Shown here in pieces: positions 28,889-38,406 of a stretch of DNA of 64,000 nt; position 1 is the stretch's first letter, and each line of letters starts with the position of its first letter. A program made the translations under genes and the position numbers. The notes under the pieces were generated by a model. That model did no database searches and was not told where the DNA came from. It saw only the letters and a program-made list of their open reading frames with translations. Source of the DNA: Arenicellales bacterium (GTDB taxonomy: Bacteria; Pseudomonadota; Gammaproteobacteria; Arenicellales; JAJDZL01); NCBI GenBank assembly GCA_965214785.1, contig OZ243975.1, positions 56,430 through 120,429 of the forward strand. Direction: 5' to 3'.

Positions 28889-30118
28889 ATGTCAGGAATA
28901 TTGAAAAATCGTTTCGTATTGACTAGCGATAAAGTAGTCAATCAGCAAGCAGTGATCAAAGTCATTGGTGTCGGTGGCGGCGGCAGCAATGCGGTTGATC
29001 ACATGATCGACAAACACATCGATGGCGTGCAGTTTTACACTGCCAATACCGATGCTCAGGCGCTGCAGCGCTCGCAGGTTGCGAATAAAATTCAATTCGG
29101 TGAGGAACTGACCAAAGGCTTGGGTGCAGGTGCAAATCCTCAGATCGGACGTGACGCAGCACGCGAAAATCCCCAGACGATTGCAAAACAGCTCGCCACT
29201 GCCGACATGGTGTTTATCACCGCCGGCATGGGTGGTGGAACCGGAACCGGTGCGGCACCGGTCTTCGCTGAGATTCTAAAAAAAGCCAATCCGGATATTT
29301 TGATTGTGGCCGTGGTGACGACACCGTTTGAATTCGAAGGTCAAAAGAGGATTGGCATCGCCCAAAACGGCTTGGCATGCTTAAACGGTTCAGTCGACTC
29401 GCTGATCACTATTCCGAATGAAAAAATTCTTGACGGAGAAGATTTGTCCATTATGCAGGCCTACGCCAAGGCCAACGACGTACTGCGAAAAGCCGTGCAG
29501 GGAATCGCTGACGTAGTGGTCCAATCTGGATATATCAACGTAGACTTCGCAGATGTGAAAACCATTATGTCAGAAGCAGGGGCTACCATGATGGGCAGCG
29601 GAAGCGCCACAGGAGAAGATCGAGCGACAATGGCTACCCGTGCTGCTTTCGAGAATCCTTTGATCGCAGATGTTAACGTGGCTGATGCCAAGGGAATTCT
29701 CATCAATATCACCGGAAGTTCAAGTTTGACGACAAAAGAATTTCGTGCAATTGGAGATGTTGTTAAAGAGGTTGCATCGGATAATGCGAACATTATTACC
29801 GGTCATGTATTTGACGAGTCATTGGAAGATGAGATTCGAGTTACGATCGTCGCCACCGGGCTGGATCGCGAAAGCGAAATTCAACCCGTCAAGCACAAGC
29901 TGCAAACCGAGCAGCAGCAATACGACAGCACCTATCAGCAGCCTCACCCTGAGAACCACACGCTGATCTATGATTATGATAACAGTGGTCACTTAGGTCA
30001 CGTCACCGGTGCAAGCTATGACGCCGAAGACTTGCCGGCGGTTTTTCGAAACAGCAACGGACGATACAAGCCAGAAGGCCAAGATCACGGCCAAGATCAC
30101 GACAATGTTGCGGACTGA
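28889..30118 (+). CDS. ftsZ: Cell division GTPase FtsZ
   Basis: Contains GVGGGGSNAV, the tubulin signature GGTGTGAAPV, and a C-terminal peptide DLPAVFR followed by a 22-aa extension. Confidence 0.95.
   Translation: MSGILKNRFVLTSDKVVNQQAVIKVIGVGGGGSNAVDHMIDKHIDGVQFYTANTDAQALQRSQVANKIQFGEELTKGLGAGANPQIGRDAARENPQTIAKQLATADMVFITAGMGGGTGTGAAPVFAEILKKANPDILIVAVVTTPFEFEGQKRIGIAQNGLACLNGSVDSLITIPNEKILDGEDLSIMQAYAKANDVLRKAVQGIADVVVQSGYINVDFADVKTIMSEAGATMMGSGSATGEDRATMATRAAFENPLIADVNVADAKGILINITGSSSLTTKEFRAIGDVVKEVASDNANIITGHVFDESLEDEIRVTIVATGLDRESEIQPVKHKLQTEQQQYDSTYQQPHPENHTLIYDYDNSGHLGHVTGASYDAEDLPAVFRNSNGRYKPEGQDHGQDHDNVAD
30077..30100 (+). repeat. Perfect 12-nt tandem duplication (GGCCAAGATCAC x2) inside the ftsZ 3' end, encoding GQDHGQDH
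   Basis: Read directly: unit 1 is 30077-30088 and unit 2 is 30089-30100. Confidence 0.9.
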
Positions 30119-30592
30119 TCGCGTGAAACCGGCAATTTGGTTACGTTGATAACGCAATATTGTGATTGTTACACAATCGGATCACTGAAACTCATCGCAG
30201 CACAATGAGGACGCTTTTGAGGAATGTTGATAGCCTTAATTGTCGTAAATTGGCACATTTTCAGCGAATTGCCAACATTTCGATTGCCAGATGAGATATA
30301 AAATCAGCGTTTGAAAGCAGTACAATTCGTGAAATTGCATGGGGATAGTTGATACAATTGTAAAAACTTGTTGAATTTCCAGTGATATATCTATATTATT
30401 ATTGCAATATATTATCAGACGTATACAAAGACTTGTTGTGTATGCAGGATAAAATGATAAATTTCTTGGGCCTCGCCCAACAGAAAAAACTCCGATGGTA
30501 CGCCGGAACGAAATTTTCCAAGCCCCTTTGCGATAATCAATGAGAAACCAACACAGCACCAACATGTAAACTTGGTAGAAAAAGAGTGACAC

Positions 30593-31507
30593 ATGAGTAA
30601 ACAAACAACTCTGACAAATGTAATTACAGGAACAGGTGTAGGGCTTCATACGGGTGTAAAAATCTGTTTGACACTGAATCCCGCACCAGTAAACACGGGC
30701 ATCGTGTTTCGCCGGGTTGATCTTGATCCCGTAGTGAGCATACCTGCCAGAGTTGAAAATGTTTCCAATACCACGCTTTCAACCACTTTGGAGAACGACG
30801 GTGCCAAAGTGTCCACGGTAGAACATTTGATGTCAGCGTTTGCTGGCTTAGGCGTCGACAATGCATATGTAGATGTTACAGCCGGTGAAGTGCCGATTAT
30901 GGATGGCAGTGCACATCCTTTTGTGTTCCTGATGGAATCAGCTGGACTGGAGAAGCAGTCAGTCAAACGAAAGTTTATCCGCGTGAAAAAGAAAGTCGTG
31001 GTGAAAGAAGGAGACATGTGGGCTAAACTTGAGCCGTATCATGGATTCAAGGTTTCTTTCGTAATTGATTTCGACCACCCTGTTTTGAAAAAATCCAATC
31101 AGAAGCGTGAAATCGATTTTGCCACCACTCCCTATAAGAACAGCATTTCAAGAGCACGTACTTTTGGATTTATGTCGGACTTAGAGAGTTTGCGTGAAGC
31201 TGGTCTCGCTCAAGGCGCGAGTTACGGCAATGCAATTGTGATGAATGATTATCATGTTCTCAATGACGATCAGCTGCGATACAACGATGAATGCGTGCGT
31301 CACAAAATTCTTGATGCGATTGGTGATATTTACCTTCTGGGACATCCACTGATCGGATCTTTTTCGGCATACAAGTCAGGACATTACCTCAATAATAGAC
31401 TGCTGATCGCTTTGCAGGCAGACGAGTCAGCCTGGGAAGTTGTCGAATACGACAATCAGGCCGATGTTCCTGCCACGCTGGTCGAGCCTGCGATCGCTTC
31501 TGTCTAG
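30593..31507 (+). CDS. lpxC: UDP-3-O-acyl-N-acetylglucosamine deacetylase
   Basis: 304 aa with [28 protein letters not shown] and [14 protein letters not shown]. Confidence 0.94.
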   Translation: MSKQTTLTNVITGTGVGLHTGVKICLTLNPAPVNTGIVFRRVDLDPVVSIPARVENVSNTTLSTTLENDGAKVSTVEHLMSAFAGLGVDNAYVDVTAGEVPIMDGSAHPFVFLMESAGLEKQSVKRKFIRVKKKVVVKEGDMWAKLEPYHGFKVSFVIDFDHPVLKKSNQKREIDFATTPYKNSISRARTFGFMSDLESLREAGLAQGASYGNAIVMNDYHVLNDDQLRYNDECVRHKILDAIGDIYLLGHPLIGSFSAYKSGHYLNNRLLIALQADESAWEVVEYDNQADVPATLVEPAIASV

Positions 31508-31625
31508 CGCCAACTGAAGTTTAGATACTGACGATTATTACAGTTGCTGCCAGCTGGCCGCAGTTTTGATGATTGTGTGAGCCTTCATTGCCAGCGATTG
31601 GTGCAATGCAACGCCAGGCGGCAGT

Positions 31626-32075
31626 TTAAGATTTAATTTTGCTAAGCCGCTCGAATTGCTTTTTTGTCGTCGCATCGCCACTGTTTTTTGCAATCTTTCT
31701 GAACACTGAGCGAAGTTCCGGTGTGATTGCATGCTGTGCATTGACTGCGCGGCGCTGGTATCTAATTTGTATCGGCTTTCTTACGAATATACTTACTGAA
31801 AGCGCTGTTAATTTGTGAAAACCAGATTTGTGCATGCGCTCGAGGATTGTTGTTTGTCGATTGATGACCTCATGAGCCCACGTTGGTGAGCAAACCTGCA
31901 CTTCAAGCAAGTCGTCGACAACGTTGAGGTTTTCAGTTTGTTCAGCCACCTTTTTTCCGGCTGCCTGTTGCCAGCACTGAAACAGTTCCGACTGTGTGAA
32001 AGTAAGTTTCGGCTGCGGCGGCAAGTCAGCGCTGCAAATAAAATCAGCTAGATTCTTGAATTGGTTTTGCGACAC
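31626..32075 (-). CDS. DUF721 (DciA-family) protein
   Basis: 149 aa with a GTG start. The core WQQAAGKKVAEQTENLNVVDDLLEVQVCSPTWAHEVINRQTTILERM fits the DUF721 pattern (W..vvG..la..t.p..l..g.L.v.v.s..wa.el). It is divergent from secA, as in Pseudomonas-like genomes. Confidence 0.6.
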   Translation of the reverse strand: MSQNQFKNLADFICSADLPPQPKLTFTQSELFQCWQQAAGKKVAEQTENLNVVDDLLEVQVCSPTWAHEVINRQTTILERMHKSGFHKLTALSVSIFVRKPIQIRYQRRAVNAQHAITPELRSVFRKIAKNSGDATTKKQFERLSKIKS

Positions 32076-32415
32076 GGTGACAAAGATTGGCTCGGAATAT
32101 TCAATTCACATGAATTGTTACCATTTTAATGTTTTCAAGCCACTCAATGGGATGTCTGATTGACTCGAAGACCGTCTATGGTGTTGGCCAATACAAATCT
32201 TAATCCTATGGTTGGCCGACAAAGGTCGAAAATGACTCGGCAACAACAGATCAAAGGTGCCTGATGTTGAGATTTGAGCCTCAGTTGCGATTTGGGTTCA
32301 GTTACAATATATGCCGGTTGCATATCCAGACTCCAGATTATGTATTTGGTGCTTAGCGCCGCCTGATTAACGCTGCCCGCGTTGTTGGGGCATCAACCCT
32401 CAGAACTGAACAAAA

Positions 32416-35133
32416 ATGCTTGCAAAAACCCTGTCCAAGGTATTTGGCAGCCGCAATGAACGGCTCATAAAAGAGCTGTCGAAAATCGTCAATGTCATCA
32501 ATGGGCTCGAGTCCGAGATGGAAAGCCTGTCAGACGAGCAGCTGGCGGCTAAGACTGACGAGTTTCGCGATCGGATACAAAGCGGCGATGCCATAGATGA
32601 CCTGTTACCTGAAGCCTTTGCGGTAGTCAGAGAAGCGTCAAAACGAACTCTCGGCATGCGTCATTTTGACGTGCAGTTAATTGGCGGCATTGTGTTGCAT
32701 CGTGGAAAAATCGCTGAGATGCGTACAGGAGAAGGTAAAACTCTGGTCGCAACGCTGCCAGTATATCTCAATGCGCTGGCCGGCCATAATGTACACATCG
32801 TCACAGTCAACGACTATCTTGCTAGCAGAGACGCGCAGTGGATGGGTACGATATACCAGTTTCTGGGCATTACAGTGGGTGTTGTCGTATCAAACATGTC
32901 GCCACCGGACAAGCGGGCGGCATATGGATGTGATGTCGTATATGGCACGAACAACGAATTCGGGTTTGATTACCTGCGGGACAATATGGCTTTCACTGCA
33001 GGTCATCGCGTACAAGGAAAACTCACCTACGCAATCGTAGATGAAGTTGATTCGATTCTGATTGATGAAGCGCGTACTCCGCTCATCATCTCCGGTGCGG
33101 CGGAGGACAGCACTTCGCTGTACCTTAAGATGGACAAAATCGTTCCGCATCTAAAACGTCAGGTGGACGAAGACGGTCCCGGAGACTACAGTGTTGATGA
33201 AAAAACAAGACAGGTATACCTGACCGACGAAGGGCATGAGAACGCCGAAAAACATCTTGTCTCAGCCGGTTTGCTCACCCCCTCGAGCACCTTGTATGAC
33301 TTTGCCAATGTGGGTCTGGTTCATCATCTAAACGCAGCGCTGCGAGCCAATAACCTGTTTCAAAAGGACGTCGATTACATCGTACATGATGGCCGAATTG
33401 TCATCATTGATGAATTCACCGGACGCATGCAGCCAGGGCGGCGATGGTCGGACGGACTGCATCAGGCGGTAGAAGCAAAAGAAAAAGTAACGGTTCAGCG
33501 CGAGAACCAGACTCTGGCTTCAATCACCTTCCAGAATTATTTCCGACTTTACGACAGACTGGCAGGCATGACGGGTACGGCTGATACGGAAGCCGAAGAG
33601 TTCCAGCAGATTTATGGTCTGGAAGTAGTGGTTATTCCTACGCATTTAAATATGATTCGTGACGATATGGCTGACCTTGTATATCGAACATCAATCGAAA
33701 AATTCGATGCAATTGTCAACGGAATCAAACAGTGCCGCGATAATAACCAACCGGTACTGGTTGGTACAGCCTCGATTGAAACATCCGAATACTTAGCCCG
33801 TCTGTTGAAGAAAAAAGGCATTGCCCATGAGGTGTTGAATGCAAAACATCATGAAAAAGAAGCGCTCATTATTGCGCAGGCAGGACGCCCGGCAGCAGTA
33901 ACAATTGCGACCAATATGGCGGGTCGAGGGACGGATATCGTGCTTGGCGGCAATCTGGAAATGGAATTGGCACAGTCAGGCGGTCGCGATTCACCGAAAG
34001 CTTCTGAGATTATCAAAAACTGGGAACAGCGACACAACCTGGTTGTTCAAGCAGGTGGACTACACGTGCTGAGTACAGAAAGACATGAATCGCGACGTGT
34101 AGATAACCAGCTGCGAGGTCGTTCTGGACGTCAGGGTGATCCTGGATCCAGTCGATTCTACCTTTCTTTGGAAGATAATCTTCTGCGCATTTTTGCATCC
34201 GAAAAAGTTTCAAGCCTGATGGGAAGACTCGGGATGGAACAAGACGAGGCGATTGAACATACCTGGGTGACCAAAGCGATCGAAAATGCACAACGCAAAG
34301 TAGAAGGACGCAATTTCGACATTCGAAAACAGCTTCTTGAATACGACGATGTTGCCAATGAGCAGCGAAAAGTTGTCTACGACCAACGCAATATTCTCAT
34401 GGACACCGACGATATTAGCGATGCGGTCTCGAAAATCCGTGCGGAATTTGTCCAGGTTACGGTTGATTCATGCCTGACGAGTGATGTTTCTGCTGACCAG
34501 TGGGATGTCGATCGTCTGGTGATGGAAGTCGACAGGGTGTTTGACACCAAAGTAGATGTTGCTCAGTGGCTTGAAAATGAACCGGATTTGACGCAAGACA
34601 GCGTTACAACACGAGTGATCGAAGAAACTGAGAAACGCTATGCCGAGCGGATTGAGCAAAACGGCGAAGCCAACATGCGATCAGTGGAAAAGGCAGTGAT
34701 GCTCATGGTACTGGATTCTGCGTGGAAAGAGAATCTGGCGAATATGGATTTTTTGCGCCAGGGTATTCATCTGCGCGGTTATGCACAGAAAAATCCGAAA
34801 CAGGAATACAAACGCGAAGCATTCGAAATGTTTTCTGAAATGCTGCAAAATGTGCGTTTTGAAGTGGTAAGGGTTTTATCTCGCGTCGTCGTTCAATCTC
34901 CTGAGCAACCTCAGGAGATTCCTGAATCTGCGACTCGTCCTTCTAAGATGATGGAGTTCATCCATCCAGACGCGCAGTCAATGTCGCAGGTCGGTGCCTC
35001 AGACAGTGAAGATTCACCGTCGCCTGCAAAACCCCAGACATTTGTTCGAGGAGGCCGCAAAGTAGGTCGCAATGAACCGTGTCCTTGCGGTTCGGGAAAA
35101 AAATACAAAGCCTGCTGCGGAAAATCTGGATAA
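32416..35133 (+). CDS. secA: Preprotein translocase ATPase SecA
   Basis: 905 aa. Walker [13 protein letters not shown]-like [19 protein letters not shown], and a C-terminal zinc motif [14 protein letters not shown]. Confidence 0.96.
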   Translation: MLAKTLSKVFGSRNERLIKELSKIVNVINGLESEMESLSDEQLAAKTDEFRDRIQSGDAIDDLLPEAFAVVREASKRTLGMRHFDVQLIGGIVLHRGKIAEMRTGEGKTLVATLPVYLNALAGHNVHIVTVNDYLASRDAQWMGTIYQFLGITVGVVVSNMSPPDKRAAYGCDVVYGTNNEFGFDYLRDNMAFTAGHRVQGKLTYAIVDEVDSILIDEARTPLIISGAAEDSTSLYLKMDKIVPHLKRQVDEDGPGDYSVDEKTRQVYLTDEGHENAEKHLVSAGLLTPSSTLYDFANVGLVHHLNAALRANNLFQKDVDYIVHDGRIVIIDEFTGRMQPGRRWSDGLHQAVEAKEKVTVQRENQTLASITFQNYFRLYDRLAGMTGTADTEAEEFQQIYGLEVVVIPTHLNMIRDDMADLVYRTSIEKFDAIVNGIKQCRDNNQPVLVGTASIETSEYLARLLKKKGIAHEVLNAKHHEKEALIIAQAGRPAAVTIATNMAGRGTDIVLGGNLEMELAQSGGRDSPKASEIIKNWEQRHNLVVQAGGLHVLSTERHESRRVDNQLRGRSGRQGDPGSSRFYLSLEDNLLRIFASEKVSSLMGRLGMEQDEAIEHTWVTKAIENAQRKVEGRNFDIRKQLLEYDDVANEQRKVVYDQRNILMDTDDISDAVSKIRAEFVQVTVDSCLTSDVSADQWDVDRLVMEVDRVFDTKVDVAQWLENEPDLTQDSVTTRVIEETEKRYAERIEQNGEANMRSVEKAVMLMVLDSAWKENLANMDFLRQGIHLRGYAQKNPKQEYKREAFEMFSEMLQNVRFEVVRVLSRVVVQSPEQPQEIPESATRPSKMMEFIHPDAQSMSQVGASDSEDSPSPAKPQTFVRGGRKVGRNEPCPCGSGKKYKACCGKSG

Positions 35134-36378
35134 ATGGCGGTCAATTTAACTCATCCGCAAAAACTAAGTCCCGTTGCAGGAATTCGTATCGGTGCGGTTG
35201 ATGCAGGGCTTCGCAAGTCTCGTGGACAAGACCTTGCCATCATTTCGATTTGCGAGACAACGAATGTCGCAGCAGTATTTACCCAAAATCAGGCGCGGGC
35301 AGCACCGGTTGAAGTCGCAATCCGCCACCTTTATGAAAAAGGCTCCCGTGCCGGCGGTGCCATCCGTGCGCTGATTGTCAACAGCGGAAACGCCAATGCC
35401 GGACTTGGACAAAAAGGATTGCAAGATTGTTGGGATGTCTGCCAGTTGACGGCAAAAAGTCTTGGCATCGACCCACACTGTATTATTCCCTTTTCTACCG
35501 GCGTGATTGGTGAACCACTGGCGTTAGAAAAGTTTCAAGAGCATATACCGCACTGTGCTGAAGCACTCAAGCAGGACAACTGGCTGGCAGCCGCCAAGGC
35601 GATTATGACAACCGATACAGTGCCCAAGGCGGTGTCGCAGGTCGTTGAAGTCAGTGATTCGCAGGCCATAACCATAACTGCAATTTGCAAGGGCTCGGGG
35701 ATGATCAAGCCAAATATGGCGACGATGCTCGCATTCATTGCAACGGATGCCGAAATTGATGCAGCCTATGCGCAAAACCTTTTGAATCAGGCCGTAGACG
35801 CAAGTTTCAATTGCATTACAGTTGACGGGGACACGTCGACTAATGACGCTTGCGTATTGATGGCAACTGGAAAGTCAGGAGTATCGGTTGGAACCGATGG
35901 CGACAGGCGTATAAGACAAGCGTTTGGCGAGGCGCTCGTAGATGTTACGCGCCGCCTTGCGCAAGCAATTGCGCGCGATGGCGAAGGGGCGACGAAGTTT
36001 GTTACGATTCACGTTACAGGAGGCAAAGATGACCAGGACTGCAAAAATGTTGCGATGTCCATTGCCAACTCCCCTTTGGTTAAGACGGCTTTTTTTGCAG
36101 CGGACCCGAATTGGGGGCGGATCTATGGTGCTGTTGGCAACGCTGCCCGCACTGACCAGCGAATGGATCAGGTCAATATCCGTATCAACGATGTTGAGGT
36201 GATGAAAGATGGCGCACAGGCCCCAGCCTATCGGGAACAAGATGCTGCACTACAAATGAAAGCTGACGAGTTTACAGTTTCTGTTTCGTTGGGACCTGAT
36301 CTCGACAGCCAAGCCACTGTGTGGACAACTGATTTGAGTTATGAATATATCCGAATCAATGCAGACTACCGTTCATAA
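35134..36378 (+). CDS. argJ: Bifunctional glutamate N-acetyltransferase / amino-acid acetyltransferase
   Basis: 414 aa. Autoprocessing-site block ATMLAFIATDA and C-terminus YIRINADYRS. Starts immediately after the secA stop. Confidence 0.92.
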   Translation: MAVNLTHPQKLSPVAGIRIGAVDAGLRKSRGQDLAIISICETTNVAAVFTQNQARAAPVEVAIRHLYEKGSRAGGAIRALIVNSGNANAGLGQKGLQDCWDVCQLTAKSLGIDPHCIIPFSTGVIGEPLALEKFQEHIPHCAEALKQDNWLAAAKAIMTTDTVPKAVSQVVEVSDSQAITITAICKGSGMIKPNMATMLAFIATDAEIDAAYAQNLLNQAVDASFNCITVDGDTSTNDACVLMATGKSGVSVGTDGDRRIRQAFGEALVDVTRRLAQAIARDGEGATKFVTIHVTGGKDDQDCKNVAMSIANSPLVKTAFFAADPNWGRIYGAVGNAARTDQRMDQVNIRINDVEVMKDGAQAPAYREQDAALQMKADEFTVSVSLGPDLDSQATVWTTDLSYEYIRINADYRS

Positions 36379-36784
36379 GCCTGTCGAAGTGGCCGTTGGC
36401 CTGGTATTTGACGAGAGTGGAAAAATTCTTATTGGCCAGCGATCTTCACCACGCGAGTTTAAGGGAAAATGGGAGTTCCCTGGGGGTAAAATAGAGCCTT
36501 TTGAAACGACAGCAGATGCATTGAAAAGAGAGTTAAAAGAAGAATTGGGTGTAGTGGTGCAAAACTCCACTCCCTTTATGTCATTTGATTTTCAGTATCC
36601 GCATCTGTCGGTGCTGCTGAATTTCGAGAAAGTCTATGATTTCGATGGTGTGGCAACTGCGCTGGCACATCAGAAGATTCGCTGGGTAGAAGTGGACGAG
36701 TTGAGCCAATATGATATGCTTCAAGGTAGTCTTTGCGTAGTCGAAAGACTCAAACAGGAATGGGAATTGTCGATTCAGGCATAA
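36341..36784 (+). CDS. mutT: Nudix hydrolase, MutT-like (8-oxo-dGTP diphosphatase)
   Basis: Nudix box GGKIEPFETTADALKRELKEELGV. secA-proximal position as in E. coli and Pseudomonas. The start could also be the in-frame ATG at 36359. Confidence 0.8.
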   Translation: MNISESMQTTVHKPVEVAVGLVFDESGKILIGQRSSPREFKGKWEFPGGKIEPFETTADALKRELKEELGVVVQNSTPFMSFDFQYPHLSVLLNFEKVYDFDGVATALAHQKIRWVEVDELSQYDMLQGSLCVVERLKQEWELSIQA

Positions 36785-36836
36785 ATGAAGCTGATGAACT
36801 GACGACACTCTACACGATGATTTTGGTTTTAAAATT

Positions 36837-38114
36837 ATGTTCGGTTTTAACAGACTAACTGACTCATATTCAGGATTCGCGTTGGTGCAAAACGCGTTTT
36901 CCCGCCATCGAAAGTGGCCTCGCGCCTGGCGTGACCCTGAGCCCAAAGCGAGCTACGATGTTGTTATCGTTGGCGCTGGCGGTCACGGTCTTGCAACTGC
37001 TTACTATCTTGCCAAGTTACATGGTGTCAAGAATATTGCAGTACTGGAAAAAGGATGGCTTGGCGGGGGTAACACCGGACGCAATACAACCATCGTACGG
37101 TCGAATTATCATCTGAGCGGCAATGCGCATTTTTATGAGCATTCACTGAAATTGTGGGAGGGACTGTCGCAGGATCTGAACTACAACGTGATGTTTTCCC
37201 CCCGCGGTGTTCTCAACCTTGCCCATAGCGATTCGGAGATGGAAGCGTTCAGTATCCGCGGCAATGCAATGCGATTAAACGGTATTGATGCAGAGCTGTT
37301 GCTGCCTGACCAGGTACGGGAATTTGTACCGCACCTGGATTGTTCGAACAATACGCGTTTTCCTATTTTCGGAGCGTTGCTGCAAAAGCGCGGCGGTACT
37401 GCCCGCCATGACGCGGTCGCCTGGGGACTTGCACGGGCAGCCGATTCTCTGGGTGTTGATATTATTCAGAACTGCGAAGTCACCGGTATCAAAATCAACG
37501 GTAATCGGGTCACATCACTTCAAACATCAAGAGGCGAGATTCAAGCGGGTAAAGTTGGTTTGGCCGTAGCCGGCAATACGAGCCGACTCGCTGCGATGGC
37601 AGGTCTGAAGCTGCCAATTGAATCTCACGTTTTGCAGGCCATGGTAACAGAGCCTTTAAAGCCAATCATTCACACGGTTGTCACTTCCTCTGCTTCGCAT
37701 GTTTATGTTAACCAGACCGATAAAGGTGAGGTGTTGTTCGGCGGGGATCTTGACATGTACAACTCCTACGCACAAAGAGGCAACCTGCCGCGGGTCGAAT
37801 ACGTCATTCAATCTGTACTCACGCTGTTTCCATGTTTGCGCAGAGTCAGATTGATGAGAACCTGGGGAGGGGTGATGGATATGACGATGGATGGCAGTCC
37901 GATCATCAGCAAATTGCCGATTGACAACATGTATCTCAATGGCGGATGGTGCTACGGTGGTTTTAAGGCAACACCCGGTTCTGGCTGGTGTTTTGCTCAC
38001 ACCATTGCCAATGACAAGCCGCATGCCTTAAATCAACCGTTAAGTCTTGAACGATTTTCCACTGGCGAGCTGCTTGATGAAAACGGCAGTGGCGCTTTTC
38101 CGAATTCTCATTGA
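36837..38114 (+). CDS. soxB: Sarcosine oxidase subunit beta
   Basis: 425 aa. The N-terminus reads YSGFALVQNAFSRHRKWPRAWRDPEPKASYDVVIVGAGGHGLATAYYLA, typical of heterotetrameric SoxB. Confidence 0.92.
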   Translation: MFGFNRLTDSYSGFALVQNAFSRHRKWPRAWRDPEPKASYDVVIVGAGGHGLATAYYLAKLHGVKNIAVLEKGWLGGGNTGRNTTIVRSNYHLSGNAHFYEHSLKLWEGLSQDLNYNVMFSPRGVLNLAHSDSEMEAFSIRGNAMRLNGIDAELLLPDQVREFVPHLDCSNNTRFPIFGALLQKRGGTARHDAVAWGLARAADSLGVDIIQNCEVTGIKINGNRVTSLQTSRGEIQAGKVGLAVAGNTSRLAAMAGLKLPIESHVLQAMVTEPLKPIIHTVVTSSASHVYVNQTDKGEVLFGGDLDMYNSYAQRGNLPRVEYVIQSVLTLFPCLRRVRLMRTWGGVMDMTMDGSPIISKLPIDNMYLNGGWCYGGFKATPGSGWCFAHTIANDKPHALNQPLSLERFSTGELLDENGSGAFPNSH

Positions 38115-38133
38115 TCACTGGGGGCTGTAGAGT

Positions 38134-38406
38134 ATGTTAATCATTCCCTGTCCATGGTGTGGAGACAGAGCGCATACCGAGTTTTCGTATCGCGGAGATG
38201 CCACTGTTGAAAGACCTCAACCGTCTGATTCGGATGAAACGTGGTATGATTTTGTTTACACCAGAGACAACCCTCGTGGCGAGCACACTGAATGGTGGCA
38301 TCACACAGCTGGTTGTCGCAGATGGATTAAGGTGCGTCGAAACACCTGGACCCATGCAGTATTGTCGAGTTCATTCGAAACTGCAGACACCGCTGAGAAG
38401 GAATAA
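38134..38406 (+). CDS. soxD: Sarcosine oxidase subunit delta
   Basis: 90 aa with the MLIIPCPWCGDRAHTEFSYRGDA zinc-ribbon-like N-terminus characteristic of SoxD. Confidence 0.9.
   Translation: MLIIPCPWCGDRAHTEFSYRGDATVERPQPSDSDETWYDFVYTRDNPRGEHTEWWHHTAGCRRWIKVRRNTWTHAVLSSSFETADTAEKE

Noticed and set aside
30236-30649. 137-aa minus-strand ORF in the ftsZ-lpxC spacer
   Set aside because: The sequence is AT-rich and Cys/Ile/Tyr-rich with no RBS, and it runs into the lpxC start. It is more likely a chance ORF in a 474-nt AT-rich promoter region.
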